Source: Octopus sinensis
Taxonomy: Eukaryota
Length of the DNA stretch: 64,000 nt
Assembly (NCBI RefSeq): GCF_006345805.1
Contig: NC_043005.1
Span: 39,866,001 to 39,930,000 of the forward strand
Direction: 5' to 3'
Made by a program: the position numbers and the translations under genes. The notes beneath the pieces were generated by a model. That model did no database searches. It was not told where the DNA came from and saw nothing but the letters and a program-made list of their open reading frames with translations. Shown here in pieces: positions 12,975 through 26,464 of the stretch (its first letter is position 1; each line of letters opens with the position of its first letter).

Positions 12975-14265
12975 CGAGGGGCGTTCAATAAGTAATGCCC
13001 CTGATCCACTTGGAGTTGTTCGATCCAGCTGAAATTTTGCATGTGCAATTACTTATATCTCTATGGATTAAGTGGCAAATTACAGCTCTAAACTAATTGT
13101 GGTTTCTGATTTACAGGTGTTTGAACTGAGTCAAGTGTGAAATGGAGTCTGTTGAATGTCGAGCAGTGATCCGGTTTTTGTATTTGAAAGGACGCACACC
13201 ACGGGAGACTTTTGATGAAATGAAAGTAACTTATTGTGATAATGCCCCATCATATGACCTTGTAAAATGCTGGCATCGTGAATTCAAACATGGTTGGAAC
13301 TCTGTGGAAACAGCTCCCAGATCTGGTCGCCCCCTTCTGCCATTGATGAGGCATCTGTCCGTCAAGTTGAGGCTGCCATTTTGGAAGATCGACGCATAAC
13401 TATTCGCCAAATAGCCCATGAGGTCAAGATTAGTACCGGGTCTGTGGAAACTATCATTCATGACCATTTGCATATGCAAAAGGTGTCTGCCAGATGGATT
13501 CCCAGGTTGCTCACATCTTTCCAGAAGCAAGAACGCGTCGATTGCTCGAGGATGAATTTGGAGATGTGCCAAGAAGATGAGTCAAAATTTTTCAAAAGAC
13601 TGATTACACAGGATGAAACCTGGGTCCATCACTATGATCCAGAGACCAAAGCCCAGTCAATGCAGTGGAAGCACCGTGACTCCCCTCCTCCAAAGAAGGC
13701 AAGGGTGCAGCCCTCCTCTGGCAAGGTCATGCTCACAGTCTTCTGGGACCAGGACGGAGTAGTGATGACAGATTTCCTGGCAAATGGTGCCACAATTACA
13801 GGAGCCTATTATGCTTCACTTTTGAGGAAATTAAGAGAAGCTATCAAAATCAAGAGGCGGGGCAAGATCAGCAAAGGCATCCTCCTCCTGCAGGACAACG
13901 CTCTGGTTCACAACTCGCGTGTCGCCAGATCAGAAACACAGGCGTGCGGCCATGAACTCCTCCCCCATCCCCCTACTCTTCTGACCTTGCACCTTCTGAT
14001 TTTCACCTCTTCCCAGCCATGAAGTTGTTTTTGAAAGGAAAGCGTTTCCCGGATGATGCAGCCTTGATTTCTGAAGTCACGTCGTGGCTGGAGGACCAAG
14101 CTGGTGTCTTCTACAGAAACGGTCTTCAGAGCTGCATCAAACGATGGGAGAAATGCGTAACTCTGGGTGGTTCCTATGTAGAAAACGACTAATGACTGTG
14201 CCAAGTTTCGTTGCTCTACTGCTATGGGAAGTGGGTCAGGGGCATTACTTATTGAACGCCCCTCG
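12975..14265 (+). mobile_element. Full-length mariner transposon (1291 bp, irritans/Himar1-like), transposase with frameshifts
   Basis: TIR cgaggggcgttcaataagtaatgcccctga at both ends with TA duplication; motifs ARWIPRLL, QDETWVHHYDPE, LLLQDNA, YSSDLAPSDF; frameshifts near 13335 and 13970. Confidence 0.96.
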
Positions 14266-15139
14266 TATGTATGATTCGAGGTGACCATTTATTATTTTTT
14301 TTTTTAAGGAAAAGAATATCTAAGACTGCCTTATTCAATACATTCTTTTAATAAGACAGTAGGGTATGATGTAAGGTAGACTTAGCTACACTGTTTAACA
14401 AAGAAAAAGAAACCACCAACTACAAGTTATTTCATTTTTTATTAAATTAAAGCGTAATAAGGCGGTAAGGGCACGGCAACTATCGCACTACGGGCAAATG
14501 TTTAGTGGCATGTCGTATGTCTTTACATTCTGAGTTCAAATTCAATCGAGTCTGGAGTCGGTGAAACCGACTTCTTCCACCCTTCAGATTATTGCTGGCC
14601 CTGTGCCAAAATTTAAAACCATTAAGTTAATGCGTAATAAATGCAACGGGATATAAAGGTAACGACGTATCTCTGTTGTGAGAGATCGAAACCGGGTCCC
14701 AGACTTTACTAACTGAAGTACACTAATTCGTAAACGAACAACTCTTCTCAATATGACATAACATTTTAGCAATTTCAGAAACACACCACACAAACAGAAA
14801 ATTAGTTTTCATTTTTCTACTAAAATCGTTTATTCTTTCACCGAGTGCACTGGCCACGTTTTACTAATGCACTCGGAGAATACATGAGCGACAGAGCTGC
14901 TCTTTTCTTCATCTCGCATGAAGTCAATAGGGATAATGACTCATTCGTAATATCAGAGATGATTGCAAAAGATTCGTATAATTAACTGCTTATCACACAT
15001 ACGTGAGATAAATATTCATCCAGTAATGTACCCGCACTACTTTTGCACCGTCGCTGCCAACGCCGCCGCGAGATCGATTCATTCAACAATGCTATACACT
15101 TTCAAAATGGAATGTAAATAACTACAACACATCTAAACA

Positions 15140-15392
15140 CCACGATCCCCCGTATATACAGAAGTATATACACAACATACGCGTACATTACATACATGTA
15201 TATATAACATTATAGGAATAAAAATGCGTGCGCATACACGCATATATACACGTGCATATATGCACATATGCACACATGCATGCATATACGCATAGGTTAG
15301 ACCTATGTACCTATACATATGCATACACATACATTATATCAACACATTCATGTGTGTGCATATTTGTGTGTGTGTGTGTATATATATATATA

Positions 15393-15444
<52 letters not shown>

Positions 15445-15465
15445 ATATATATAGTATATATATAC

Positions 15466-15496
<31 letters not shown>

Positions 15497-15535
15497 CCAT
15501 ATATATATATATATATATAATATATATATATATGC

Positions 15536-15566
<31 letters not shown>

Positions 15567-15575
15567 CATATATAT

Positions 15576-15609
<34 letters not shown>

Positions 15610-15765
15610 ACATATATATGCATATATATAGATATATATATATATATATTCACACACACACATACATAATATATGTATATAAAACCAATATATGTGTGTG
15701 TGCTTGTATGTATATTATATATATATATATATATATATATTAGGCTTAATGCATGTGTATATACA

Positions 15766-15797
<32 letters not shown>

Positions 15798-16332
15798 CAT
15801 ATATATCTGTATATATGCATATATATGTATATATATATGTATATAGATATGTATAAATACATGCATACATACATACATACATACATACATACATACATAC
15901 ATACATACATACATACATACATACATACATACATACATACGTACATTAAAATCACACATCTGCAAATATGATAAATAAACTATTGGTCATGTTTATCTGT
16001 GCATCAATGTTACTTCATCAATATCCATGAAGAATCGATTCACGTAAAGTCGGTTTCAAACACAAAAGCAGATATCGAAAGAACGATAACACTGATGGAT
16101 ATGTGGCGGGAACAGCTATGACGGCTCTGAATACGTCCAATCAGAATACAATGAGAGAATGTGCACCGTTCGCCTTGTCCTCGCTCGTCTCTGTTCAGTT
16201 AATTATGTCATTGCTATCTCACTAATATACATTCCCATGCCTTACGTTGTACTAACTCTTTATACATATACACGTGCGCGCGCTTACATACATACATGCA
16301 TACATACATACATACATACATACATACATACA

Positions 16333-16366
<34 letters not shown>

Positions 16367-16536
16367 CATATATGTATATACCAATATACATATATATATA
16401 TATATATACATGTACACACACATATATATACATACACACACATATGTATACCCATATATATATATATAGATCCATATATATGTATATGTATATATGTATA
16501 TTTATATATATATACATATATATATATACACACATA

Positions 16537-16611
<75 letters not shown>

Positions 16612-16700
16612 GTATGTATATATAATATAAAAGTATATATATATATATATATATACATATTATTCATCTATAATACATACATACGTACGTACACACAATA
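15140..16700. repeat. (TA)n/(TACA)n microsatellite tracts with a unique spacer at about 15950-16240
   Basis: Directly visible. Confidence 0.9.
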
Positions 16701-17085
16701 TGAAAGAATACTTGTAGTATGTCTCTGTCCAATCTTCAATAGAAATGCAAGCACAACAGGTCTGACATAATGATTTGGGACTGTGAAAAGAAATTATGCA
16801 CAGCAGTTGAAGTTAGTTACCCAACAGATGTCAGCATAATGCTGTAGGTTAGTGAAAAAAAACATTCATGCCGAACTGATGAAAGGTCTGCCGTCATTCT
16901 ATGCAAACACTAGATTTAATTTAAACTTACTATTATTGAAAGAATTGGTTACGTAACTAATTGTCGCAGTGCCAACCTTGAGAAGCTAGGACAAAAACAG
17001 AACATGCCTAATCAGAAAATTACAACTACCAGCTGTCGTAAGCAGCGTTAAAATATGTAAAACATTCATGAAGTTTAGCTCGTAA
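16700..17085 (+). mobile_element. RLE-type non-LTR retrotransposon 3' fragment (endonuclease domain)
   Basis: [27 protein letters not shown] (R..PD...EV motif) and ..LIRKLQ...VKICKTFMKF*. Confidence 0.7.
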
Positions 17086-17589
17086 TATGATCCCCATACG
17101 CAATAACATGCTCTTCTGCACTCATTTTTGCATTTGCAGATACACATGAATATGCATACATGTGTATACGCCTGCAAACATATATGTGTGTGTGTGTGTG
17201 AGTGTACATATATCATATTTTCAATAAACAGAAATAATGGGTTATATACATTTACTTATTCATTATAGGCTTACAGTTGTTTCAGGTATTTGTTTGCGTG
17301 CATTCATGGTTCAATTTATCAATCGATCGGCGGCATTTGAACTAAGATCGTAAAGGCGGACGAAATGCCGCTACGCATTTTGTCCAGCGTGTTAACGATT
17401 CCGCCAATTTATTGCGTGCTTAGCTCTAATTAATAGTTGACGGACATAGTTAATTAAATTGACTGAACTATATCACTAGCACTTAATATTTTACCAAAGG
17501 GATACTAAAAGAAAATTCAACAATATTTATGGTCTTTTTTCTGCAGAAAATCCATAAATTTGTGGAGCAGCGAATAGTTGAAAAAATCA

Positions 17590-17870
17590 ACTCTTGTTCA
17601 TGACTGGGACCGTTCAACATCCTTAAACAATACTTATTCAAGAAGCATTTGAGCGGGATGGGCTACTCGACCTGAAAAAAATTCTAACTGGGCCCCACCT
17701 GCAAGGTCATGTGCTATTAATCTCGATTTGAGATCACCGTAACACGCACATATGGTTGTGATGCATATGCCTGGTGTACCCTTATCAGACTAATAGTCAT
17801 GATTGCTATACTGGGCTTCGTATATTTTACCCCAGTGTCACTTTGATAGCATGCACTGCTCTCTCACTCA
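17590..17870 (+). mobile_element. Non-coding repeat family C, 3' half, ending in (TAA)n
   Basis: High identity to the reverse complement of 46621-46900; identical junction ctgctctctcactc-(AAT)n. Confidence 0.85.
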
Positions 17871-17984
17871 ATAATAATAATAATAATAATAATAAAATAA
17901 TAATAATAATAATAATAATAATAATTAATAATAATAATCCTTTCTATTGTAGGCACAACGCCTGAATTTTTTTTTTTTTTTTGC

Positions 17985-18160
17985 TAGGGAAGGGGGATTA
18001 TCGATTACATCGACCCCAGTGTTTCATTGGTACTTAATTTATCGACCCAGAAAGGATGAAAGGTAAAGCTGACTGCGGCGGAATTTGAACTCAGAACGTA
18101 GCGACGGGCGAAATAAGCATTTCGTCCAGTGTGCTAACGATTCTGCTAACTCGCCGCCTT
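17985..18160 (-). mobile_element. SINE family B copy
   Basis: tcgattacatcgaccccagt...ggaatttgaactcagaacgta...ctaacgattctgctaactcgccgcctt. Confidence 0.85.
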
Positions 18161-18169
18161 AATAACAAT

Positions 18170-18545
18170 GATGATGATGATGGTGGTGCTGGTGGTGGTG
18201 CTGGTGGTGATGGTTCTGGTGGTGGTGGTGCTGGTGGTGGTGGTGCTGGTGGCGGTGGTGGTGGTGGTGCTGGTGGTGGTGGTGGTGGTGGTGATGGTGA
18301 TGGTGGTGGTGGTGGTGGTGGTGGTGGTGGTGGTGATGGTGGTGGTGGTGGTGGTAGTGCTGGTGGTGGTGGTGGTGGTGGTGGTGGTGGCGGTGGTGGT
18401 GGTGGTGGTGGTGGTGGTGGTGGTGGCTGCTGCTGCTGCTGCTTGTGGTGGTGGTGGTGGTGCTGCTGCTGCTGCTGCTGCTGCTGCTTGTGGTGGTGGT
18501 GGTGGTGGTGGTGGTGGTGGTGATGATGATGATGATGATGATGAT
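18170..18545. repeat. (GGT)n/(GCT)n/(GAT)n trinucleotide tract
   Basis: Directly visible. Confidence 0.9.
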
Positions 18546-20120
18546 CGGGTCATGCTAGCACAAAAGAAATTACGATTGCAGCTCTTGAAAATCTGTGTTT
18601 AATGTATATACTCAGCCATTCGTTTGCTTGTCTGATATTTTCCCCTTTATAATTTTCTTTCCATTTTCCTTCCATTTGTTTATCTCTTTTGACTTTATTT
18701 TTCTTTTCCTATCATTGTAGATAGCGTTTAGTATTAGCTTGATTTGTATGGCAAACCTTAACTGGAGGTTGATTGACCAAAAGGTTTGTTTTGCACATTT
18801 AAAATATTATTTAATGTCATACAATTTTCTACACCATTGCACATGTTCCATATCAGCATCTACCACTCGAATTCCGAAATAACCATGAAACATTACCATA
18901 TCCCCTCTTTATTGAGAAACTATTCGTTTTCATGGTATACACATATAGTTTAATACTAGTGTAGTCATTAGGAAGTTCTAAATGATATAAGATAATATCG
19001 GTGAAAATAAGGAATCCGGTGTACGCCCAATATAGTTACTGATTTTAAGAAATGATAGTAATATATTAGAAATTGTCAACTTCAGAAGAGAATCACAGAG
19101 AATCACAAAATAGCAAAATAGCAAAATTTTGTGATGGCGATGGAATATCAGAATTGTTACAGTGCAAACGAAAAATTGAAATTTTTGCATATTAAGGTTA
19201 AGTCTTCCGTTTAAATGTTACTATCAGATTGCCTTTAAATCCCTTCATCAGGTTTTTTGAAGATTAGTAAACCATCATTTCTTCGAATGTAACTGGTAAT
19301 GTAGTTGGATCTTATATAGATCAACTTTAGAATAAATAAAACAATTAAATTTAACATTTCCGTGGAATCTCTTGAAGTGGAAAGTTTTGCACATTGCGTC
19401 TCGATTCATTTGTTATTAATGAAAAACAATAAATTTTATATCATACTTTATTATTCGCATATAATTATTTGAATTGGTGAGTGTTTAGTGGTTTCTAAAG
19501 TTTTTAACAGAAAATGTTTTGCAATGAGTGAGTAGTAGCCTGTAATATCAAACTGAGTGCGAAAACGCTTATTCTTGATACTTCTCAACCAATTTATTAT
19601 TGATGCACCGCCATTAAATTTGTAGTTGACTCAATCTAAAGTGTGCCATTTGATAGTTCCGGTTTCTGTTTTGGTTGGTTTTGTCTTGTGGGATTATTTT
19701 AAAATTTAGCATCATCGTCCTTGATAGTAATATAAGTCATTTTATGACAAGAATTTCGACTCTACTATCGACATTTAGACTAGAGGCTAATGTCTTTGAC
19801 TGTTGTTTATTGAATTGAGACTTTTATTAGTAATCATTACATAACTGCCGGTAATTCTATTTGTTAGTAGGTTATTATTGTACTGTAGTATATTCCAGAC
19901 GTGTTTTCTTGTTTTATTGACGTTTGCAAATTTCTTGTTTCCAGGAACATTTTACATTTTCTCTTTTTTTTTTGCGATTCTCGACAGTTGTTTGCAAGAG
20001 GTTATCATTCACTCTTCAGTTTTGATATTTTTCACCATTCTGAAAATAACCATTTCGAAAGCTTCAAGGAGATTTTTGCTCGGTGGGCATTTTCTTCTTT
20101 ACGATTGCTTTAGATTTACA

Positions 20121-20200
<80 letters not shown>

Positions 20201-20536
20201 ACGCTAACGCATGCACATATTCATTCATATCTATGTGTGTGTGTTTTCATATGTAAATTCATACTTATATCTTGATATATATGCATATGTGTGTTTGAAT
20301 GTGTGTTTATATGTATGTATGCATGTATGCATGTATATGTCTATATAAATAGGTGCGGTGATGTCTGTATAGTTAAGAAGTTCGCCTGGCAAGCTTCTGG
20401 ATTGCACATGGCTTCGGGTTTAGTTTCAATATGCGGCACGTTAATCAGGTGTCTTCTACAGTAGCCTGGGAAAACCAGTATCTTGTAAATGAATTTGGTT
20501 CCAGGAAACTGTGCTGAAGAATACCATATGTATATA

Positions 20537-21766
20537 TCAGGCCATCCCATAAGTTCTGTCCGATTTAATAATATTTTAGAATATCTAATGGAATTAAAAA
20601 TTATTTTTATGCATTTGTGTACATTTAAACTAATTAAATATTATTTTACAGAATAATAGAATGAAAATTTCTTTGATTAAAACCCTTTCTAACATGGAAG
20701 TATCCAAAGAGCATTTGAGGCACATAATGCTCTATGAGTACAAAAAAGGAAACTCTGCAGCTGAAGCGACTCGAAACATACACTCAGTTTATAGGAAAGA
20801 ATGCTTGAATGAAAAAGCTTGCAGCAGATGGTTTGCACAATTCATAAGTGGAGATTTCAGCCTTGAAGATGAAGATCGAACAGGACGTCCAGTTGAGTTT
20901 GATTATAAGCTCCTTGAGGCATTACTGGAAGAAAATCCTGCATTATCAGTTGAAGAATTGGCAACAAAGCTTAGTTCTAACCATACAATTGTTCATCGTC
21001 ATCTTCAACAACTTGGAAAGGTTCCTAAACTTGGAAAATGGGTGCCTAATGAATTGTCCGAAAGCAACCGCAAATCCCGAGTTCACGTCTGCTCTTCTCT
21101 TCATTCTCTCGAACTCATTTCAGCCTTTTTGAGTAGACTTGTGCCTGGTGACGAAAAATTGATCTTCTATCTAAATGTTAAACGTCGTAAACAGCGGCTT
21201 AGTAAAAGGGGAAAAGCTCAACCACAACCGAGAAGGGAACTTCATGTGAAAAAGGTTCTTCACTCTATCTGGCGGGATTGCAAAGGAGTAATTCACTTTG
21301 AATTGTTACCACCTAATGCAACAATCAATGCTCAAGTCTATTGTCAGCAATTAGAGCGTTTGAACCAAGCTTTGAAGAAAAAAGACTCGCTTTAGTGAAT
21401 CGAAAGGAGTGATGTTTCATCAGGACAATGCACACTCCACATCGCAAAGATCACATCACAGAAGATCGAAGAGCTTGGTTGGGAAAAAATTCCTCAGCCA
21501 CCTTAATCTCCCGACCTTGCTCCTTCAGACTACCATTTGCTTCGTAGTTTGGGGGACATAACTATCGCAAGCCCTGAGGAGGTCGATACAGACATTTCAG
21601 AGTTCTTTGCTTTGAAAGCAAAAGAGTTTTACATTAATGGTATTAAAAAGCTTGTAAATACACGGAAAGAAGTCATAGATAATTAGGGAAAGTACATTGA
21701 TGATTAAATTTCAATTAAATATAACATTTGATCACTTGTTCGGACAGAACTTATGGGATGACCTGA
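20537..21766 (+). mobile_element. Mariner transposon, second family (Mos1/Hsmar1-like), decayed transposase
   Basis: TIR tcaggccatcccataagttctgtccg / cggacagaacttatgggatgacctga with TA flanks; MEVSKEHLRHIMLYEY, GKWVPNEL, GDEKLIFY, FHQDNA, SPDLAPSDYHL. Confidence 0.93.
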
Positions 21767-21789
21767 TATATATATATATATATATATAT

Positions 21790-21975
21790 ATAAAGATGAA
21801 CTGAAGGCAAGGATTATGGCAGCATTCACCAACATAAACAAGGAGACCGTCCAGAAGAGTTGCAGGAGATTCCGAAGTCGTCTGATGGCCGTGGTTGAAG
21901 CCAATGGTGATTTTATTGAATAAACTTATTTTTTCGTATTTCAAGATATTTTAAGTAATTTTGGTAAATATATCT
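21790..21975 (+). mobile_element. maT/Tc1-like 3' fragment (same family as 2200-2478)
   Basis: Near-identical gaaggcaaggattatggcagcattcaccaac...gccgtggttgaagccaatgg. Confidence 0.75.
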
Positions 21976-22054
21976 GCTAAAATGAGATGTTAGTGTTATT
22001 TTCATTTTTGCGTAATTTAGATGACAGTTTATTCACCGCACTCTGCATATATAC

Positions 22055-22128
<74 letters not shown>

Positions 22129-22144
22129 TGTGTGTGTGTGCGTG

Positions 22145-22175
<31 letters not shown>

Positions 22176-22200
22176 TGTGTGTGTGCGTGCATATATTCCT

Positions 22201-22489
22201 AAAGGGCCAGCCTTGTCACATTCTGTGTCACGTTGAATCTTTCTAAGAACTATGTTAAGGGTACACGTATTTGTGTACTTGCACGTCCATTTGATGATCA
22301 GGCTGTTCCGTTGATCGGATCAACTGGAACAAGGCACTCCATCGGTTACGACGACGAGGGTTCCAGTTGATCCGATCAACAGAACAGCCTGATCATGAAG
22401 TAGACGTGCAAGTACACAAATACGTGTACCCTTAACATAGTTCTCAGAAAGATTCAACGTGACACAGAATGTGACAAAGCTGACCCTTT
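22201..22489. repeat. Fold-back palindrome of the SINE family D 3' half (about 130-bp arms, 29-nt spacer)
   Basis: 22201-22330 is the reverse complement of 22360-22489. Confidence 0.92.
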
Positions 22490-22499
22490 GCAATGTAGA

Positions 22500-22630
22500 T
22501 GCTACTAACCTGTAAACTGAGTGGACTGGAGCAACGTGAAATAAAATGTCTTGCTCAAGTACACAACGCGTTGCCGGGAATTGAACTCAGGATTTTGCGA
22601 TCGTGAACCGAATACCCTAACCACTAAGCC
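22500..22630 (-). mobile_element. SINE family F head fragment
   Basis: gagtggactggagcaacgtgaaataaaatgtcttgctcaagtacacaacgc...ccctaaccactaagcc. Confidence 0.7.
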
Positions 22631-22780
22631 ATATATATACATATATATATATACATACATACACATGCACATATATATATGTATATATACGTATATATAT
22701 GAAGATATATACGTGTGTGCATATACATATATATTACATATGCATGTGTGTGTGAATGTCTATATATACATATATATGTA

Positions 22781-22825
<45 letters not shown>

Positions 22826-22874
22826 TATATAATATATATATATAATATATATATATACACGCATGGTGTGTGTG

Positions 22875-22925
<51 letters not shown>

Positions 22926-23339
22926 CGTGCGTGCGTGCGTGTGTGTGTGTGTACACCTGCGCGCATATATGTATGTTTGTAGCAAATCTGAAGCTGAAAG
23001 AGACAGTAGAATTGCTCTGTACTTCAGGAAATATATTTTCAAAACTGCATTTTTAGAACGTTGGTGTAAAGAAACATAAAGAAACAGAAAGGAAAGAATT
23101 GGAAAATCTAAATTCCTAAACCAATAATAATCTTGTCTGATATGATATTTGCTGTTTTCGGAAAATCTTTGCATAAAAACCGAAATTTTTGATAAATATC
23201 GACAAATAACTAAATGTAACTGAACTTCCATAGCAACAATTTATACTTGTGTTTATGTATCGGTTGAAATCAAACGTACATAAATCCATACATTACGGGA
23301 ATAAAATACCAATGGTAGGCTGTCCAATGAAGAGTGTAT

Positions 23340-23778
23340 GTGTGAGAGACAGGAGAGAGAGAGAGGGGTGGAAGACAATGTGTTAGAGAGAGGGGGGAAG
23401 ACAATGTGTTAGAGAGCGAGAGAGAGAGGGTGTGGGTGTGTGAGAGAGAGAGAGTGTGTGTGTGTGTGTGTGTGTGAGTGAGAGAGAGAGAGAAAATGAT
23501 TGTGTGAGTGTGCGAGAGAGAGAGGGAAGAAGAGTGGGTGGGTGAGAGTATTTGTATATATGAGAGATAGTATGTATATGTGTGATCAGAAGAGAGAGAG
23601 CGTGTCTGAGTGTGTGTGGGAGAGAGAGAGAAACAGAGAGAGAGAGAGAGAACGTGTTAGAAACAGAGAGTGTGAGTGAGTGTCTGAATGAGAGAAGGGG
23701 GAAGATAGAATGAAAGTGTTTCTACATGTATAGCAGACAGAAAGAGGAGAGAGGGAGAGAGAGAGAGAGAGAAGTGTG

Positions 23779-23845
<67 letters not shown>

Positions 23846-24420
23846 GTGTGTGCGTGTGTGTGTGAGCGCGCGCGATTGCGAAAGAGAATGCGTATGTCTC
23901 AAGTGAGAGAGTGAAAGAAGTAGTTTAGAAGAGAGTGTGAGAGAGTGTCTGTGTAAGTGTGTGAGAGAGAGTGAAAGAAAGAGAAAGCCTTTGTATATAT
24001 GAGAGAAGCCTGTAAGAGCATGTGTGTTTATGTATGTGTGTGTGTGTGTGGTGTGTGTGTGTGTGTGTGTGCGTGTGTGTGTGTGCGTGTGTGTGTGAGC
24101 GCGCGCGATTGCGAAAGAGGAATGCGTATGTCTGCAAGTGAGAGAGTGAAAGAGAGTAGTTTAGAAAGAGAGTGTGAGAGAGTGTCTGTGTAAGTGTGTG
24201 AGAGAGAGTGAAAGAAAGAGAGAGCCTTTGTATGTATGAGAGAAAGCCTGTAAGAGCATGTGTGTTTATGTATGTGTGTGTGTGTGTGTAAAGTAGAGTG
24301 CGTGTGTGTGTAAAATAATGTGTGTGTTTGTGTGTGTATGATAATGTGTGTGTGTGTCTGCGTGTGTAAGATAGACTGTGTATGCGGTATGTGGTGTGTG
24401 TGTATGCGTTTAAGTGTTTA
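23340..24420. repeat. (GA)n/(GT)n tract containing a tandem duplication of about 230 bp
   Basis: gagcgcgcgcgattgcgaaagag...cctgtaagagcatgtgtgtttatg occurs at about 23865 and 24098. Confidence 0.85.
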
Positions 24421-26054
24421 TGTGTATCATATTATCTGTACATGCGTGCATCTCTGTGCATATGAAAGAGAAAAAGAAGGAAAAAGAGAGGGGAAAGAGA
24501 CCAAAGTAGACACGTTGAGGAAAATATAAACTAATTTATGTCTCTTTATCTTCTAATTCTGTCCAAAATAACGGTTTAGCCACAATCATATTACGGTGCT
24601 AAATGGACTATAACAACATTTAACTTGATGACAAAACACTGACATAAAAGCATAGGTTGGGAATATTTTTTTGTGAGAAATACTAAACTACATTAGTGTT
24701 TCAACATGGCTGCCGAAAACTGAACTAAGTTTTAAGTGTTTGCAGCACAATCATTAGTTTCAATAGTGTATCGTTCGTACGATGATAAAAAGTGCGGCAA
24801 TTTGGAGTGAAAAGATGTAACTAAATCAACTGTTTCTTGTTTTAACCTCAATTTTAAACCTTCTGGGATCTGACAAATAAGGAAGCAGATACTCGGTATC
24901 ACATGTTAACCATGGTGTGCATTGAGATCTGGACGAGTATAGTGATATTTTTTCCCCAGCAGAAAATCTCGAAGGCTTATGCTTCTTTGATGTTATTTTA
25001 CCGAAATAAAGAGTGACAGAAGCCTTCAAACATACCTTGATAAAAATAATGTCTAGTCAACCGTCACTCGCAAGTGAGAATGGCTTCGTAACATGTATCC
25101 TGCTTTTGCTAATTGTTTTACGTGCTTATGGGATTGCAAGCAAACGTAGACACCTCCCATTTTCGAGTCCTTACATCCTTGACCAAGCAAAACATCGAGA
25201 ATATGACAGATAGAGAGACAGAGAGAGGGCTACATCAGCAATCGGATAGTACTCGTTTTTAACTGAATAGACAAGAGCAACAATCAAATGTTTTTCTCAA
25301 AGTCATAACACATCGTTAAGTTGAGGAAGTGAACTTACTACCCAGAGAAATATCTGCTGAAATTCCCTTTCACCTGAATAAACTGGAGCAACATAAAATG
25401 AAGTACTTTTTTCGAAGACACAACCGTCTAGTACCAGAATTGATCTCATGACTACAAGCCAAACACTCTAACCACCAGGCCACACACTTTCTTAGTTACA
25501 GGAAAATATTCAGTAAGCCACTACTCAATCTATTTTCCTTCCCTTTGTTCATTTTTGTTTTTCTTTCTTCGATTCTGATTTTTGTATTTTCCTTGTTGAA
25601 ATTCATCTATTTTAGATGTAAGAAAGACCCTTTGGTACTGGCTTCCTACCTCCAAGGAATTTTTAACAAATCGCCTGTTCAACATCTTCTCAAGCGATAC
25701 ATTTTAGCTACTGGTTCCCAATATTGATAATCATCAAATCGACACGTCTAATTAATTAAAAGTTGATGTTGTTATTTCCCCAGATGAGACAAACTTTCTG
25801 TAATGTCACTCTCGTGTCTGAAATACGATGCATCATTTTCTGCTAGAGGGCTGGAAACTAAAAACAGTTCAACCAGAAATTTCACTCTATGATTACAAAA
25901 TATTGATGACTGTTTGTTTTGTACGCATGATAGAAATGTTTAGGCAAAGAAACCGATGTGGTGTGTAACAATTATAATATATACTAACCTAAAATGGTAA
26001 CTCACTCTCTCTGATACCTGTAATCTACTTCTTAAGGAGTATTGGACGTGTATG

Positions 26055-26108
<54 letters not shown>

Positions 26109-26116
<8 letters not shown>

Positions 26117-26464
26117 TATAATTAAGGGCTAAAGAGGGTTTTCTAAAGCCAATACACTGATTATCCACTTATAATCCACTTGTTACAGGAAAATTGAAAC
26201 TGAAAACGGGCAACTAACCTTTAGAAAATTTAAATTTCGCTATCTCTATATTGAATCAATTTCGGAATTATATCTCTATATTGAATCAATTTCGGAATTA
26301 ATTCCGAAATTGATTCAATATAGAGATAACGAAATTTAAATTTTCTAAAGGTTAGTTGCTCGTTTTCAGTTTCAATTTTCCTGTAACAAGTGGATTATAA
26401 GTGGATAAATCAGTGTATTGGTTTTTGAATAACCCTCTTTAGCCCTTAATTATATGATGTTTAT
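26109..26464. repeat. Long spacer-less palindrome (about 165-bp arms) with a 30-bp tandem duplication in the left arm
   Basis: Centre ggaatt|aattcc at 26299/26300; tatctctatattgaatcaatttcggaatta repeated at 26241 and 26271; (TA)n on the left flank. Confidence 0.92.

Noticed and set aside
16866-16910. CTGATGA as a possible hammerhead core (also at 63026)
   Set aside because: No stem II followed by GAAA; the 16866 instance lies inside RLE LINE coding sequence.
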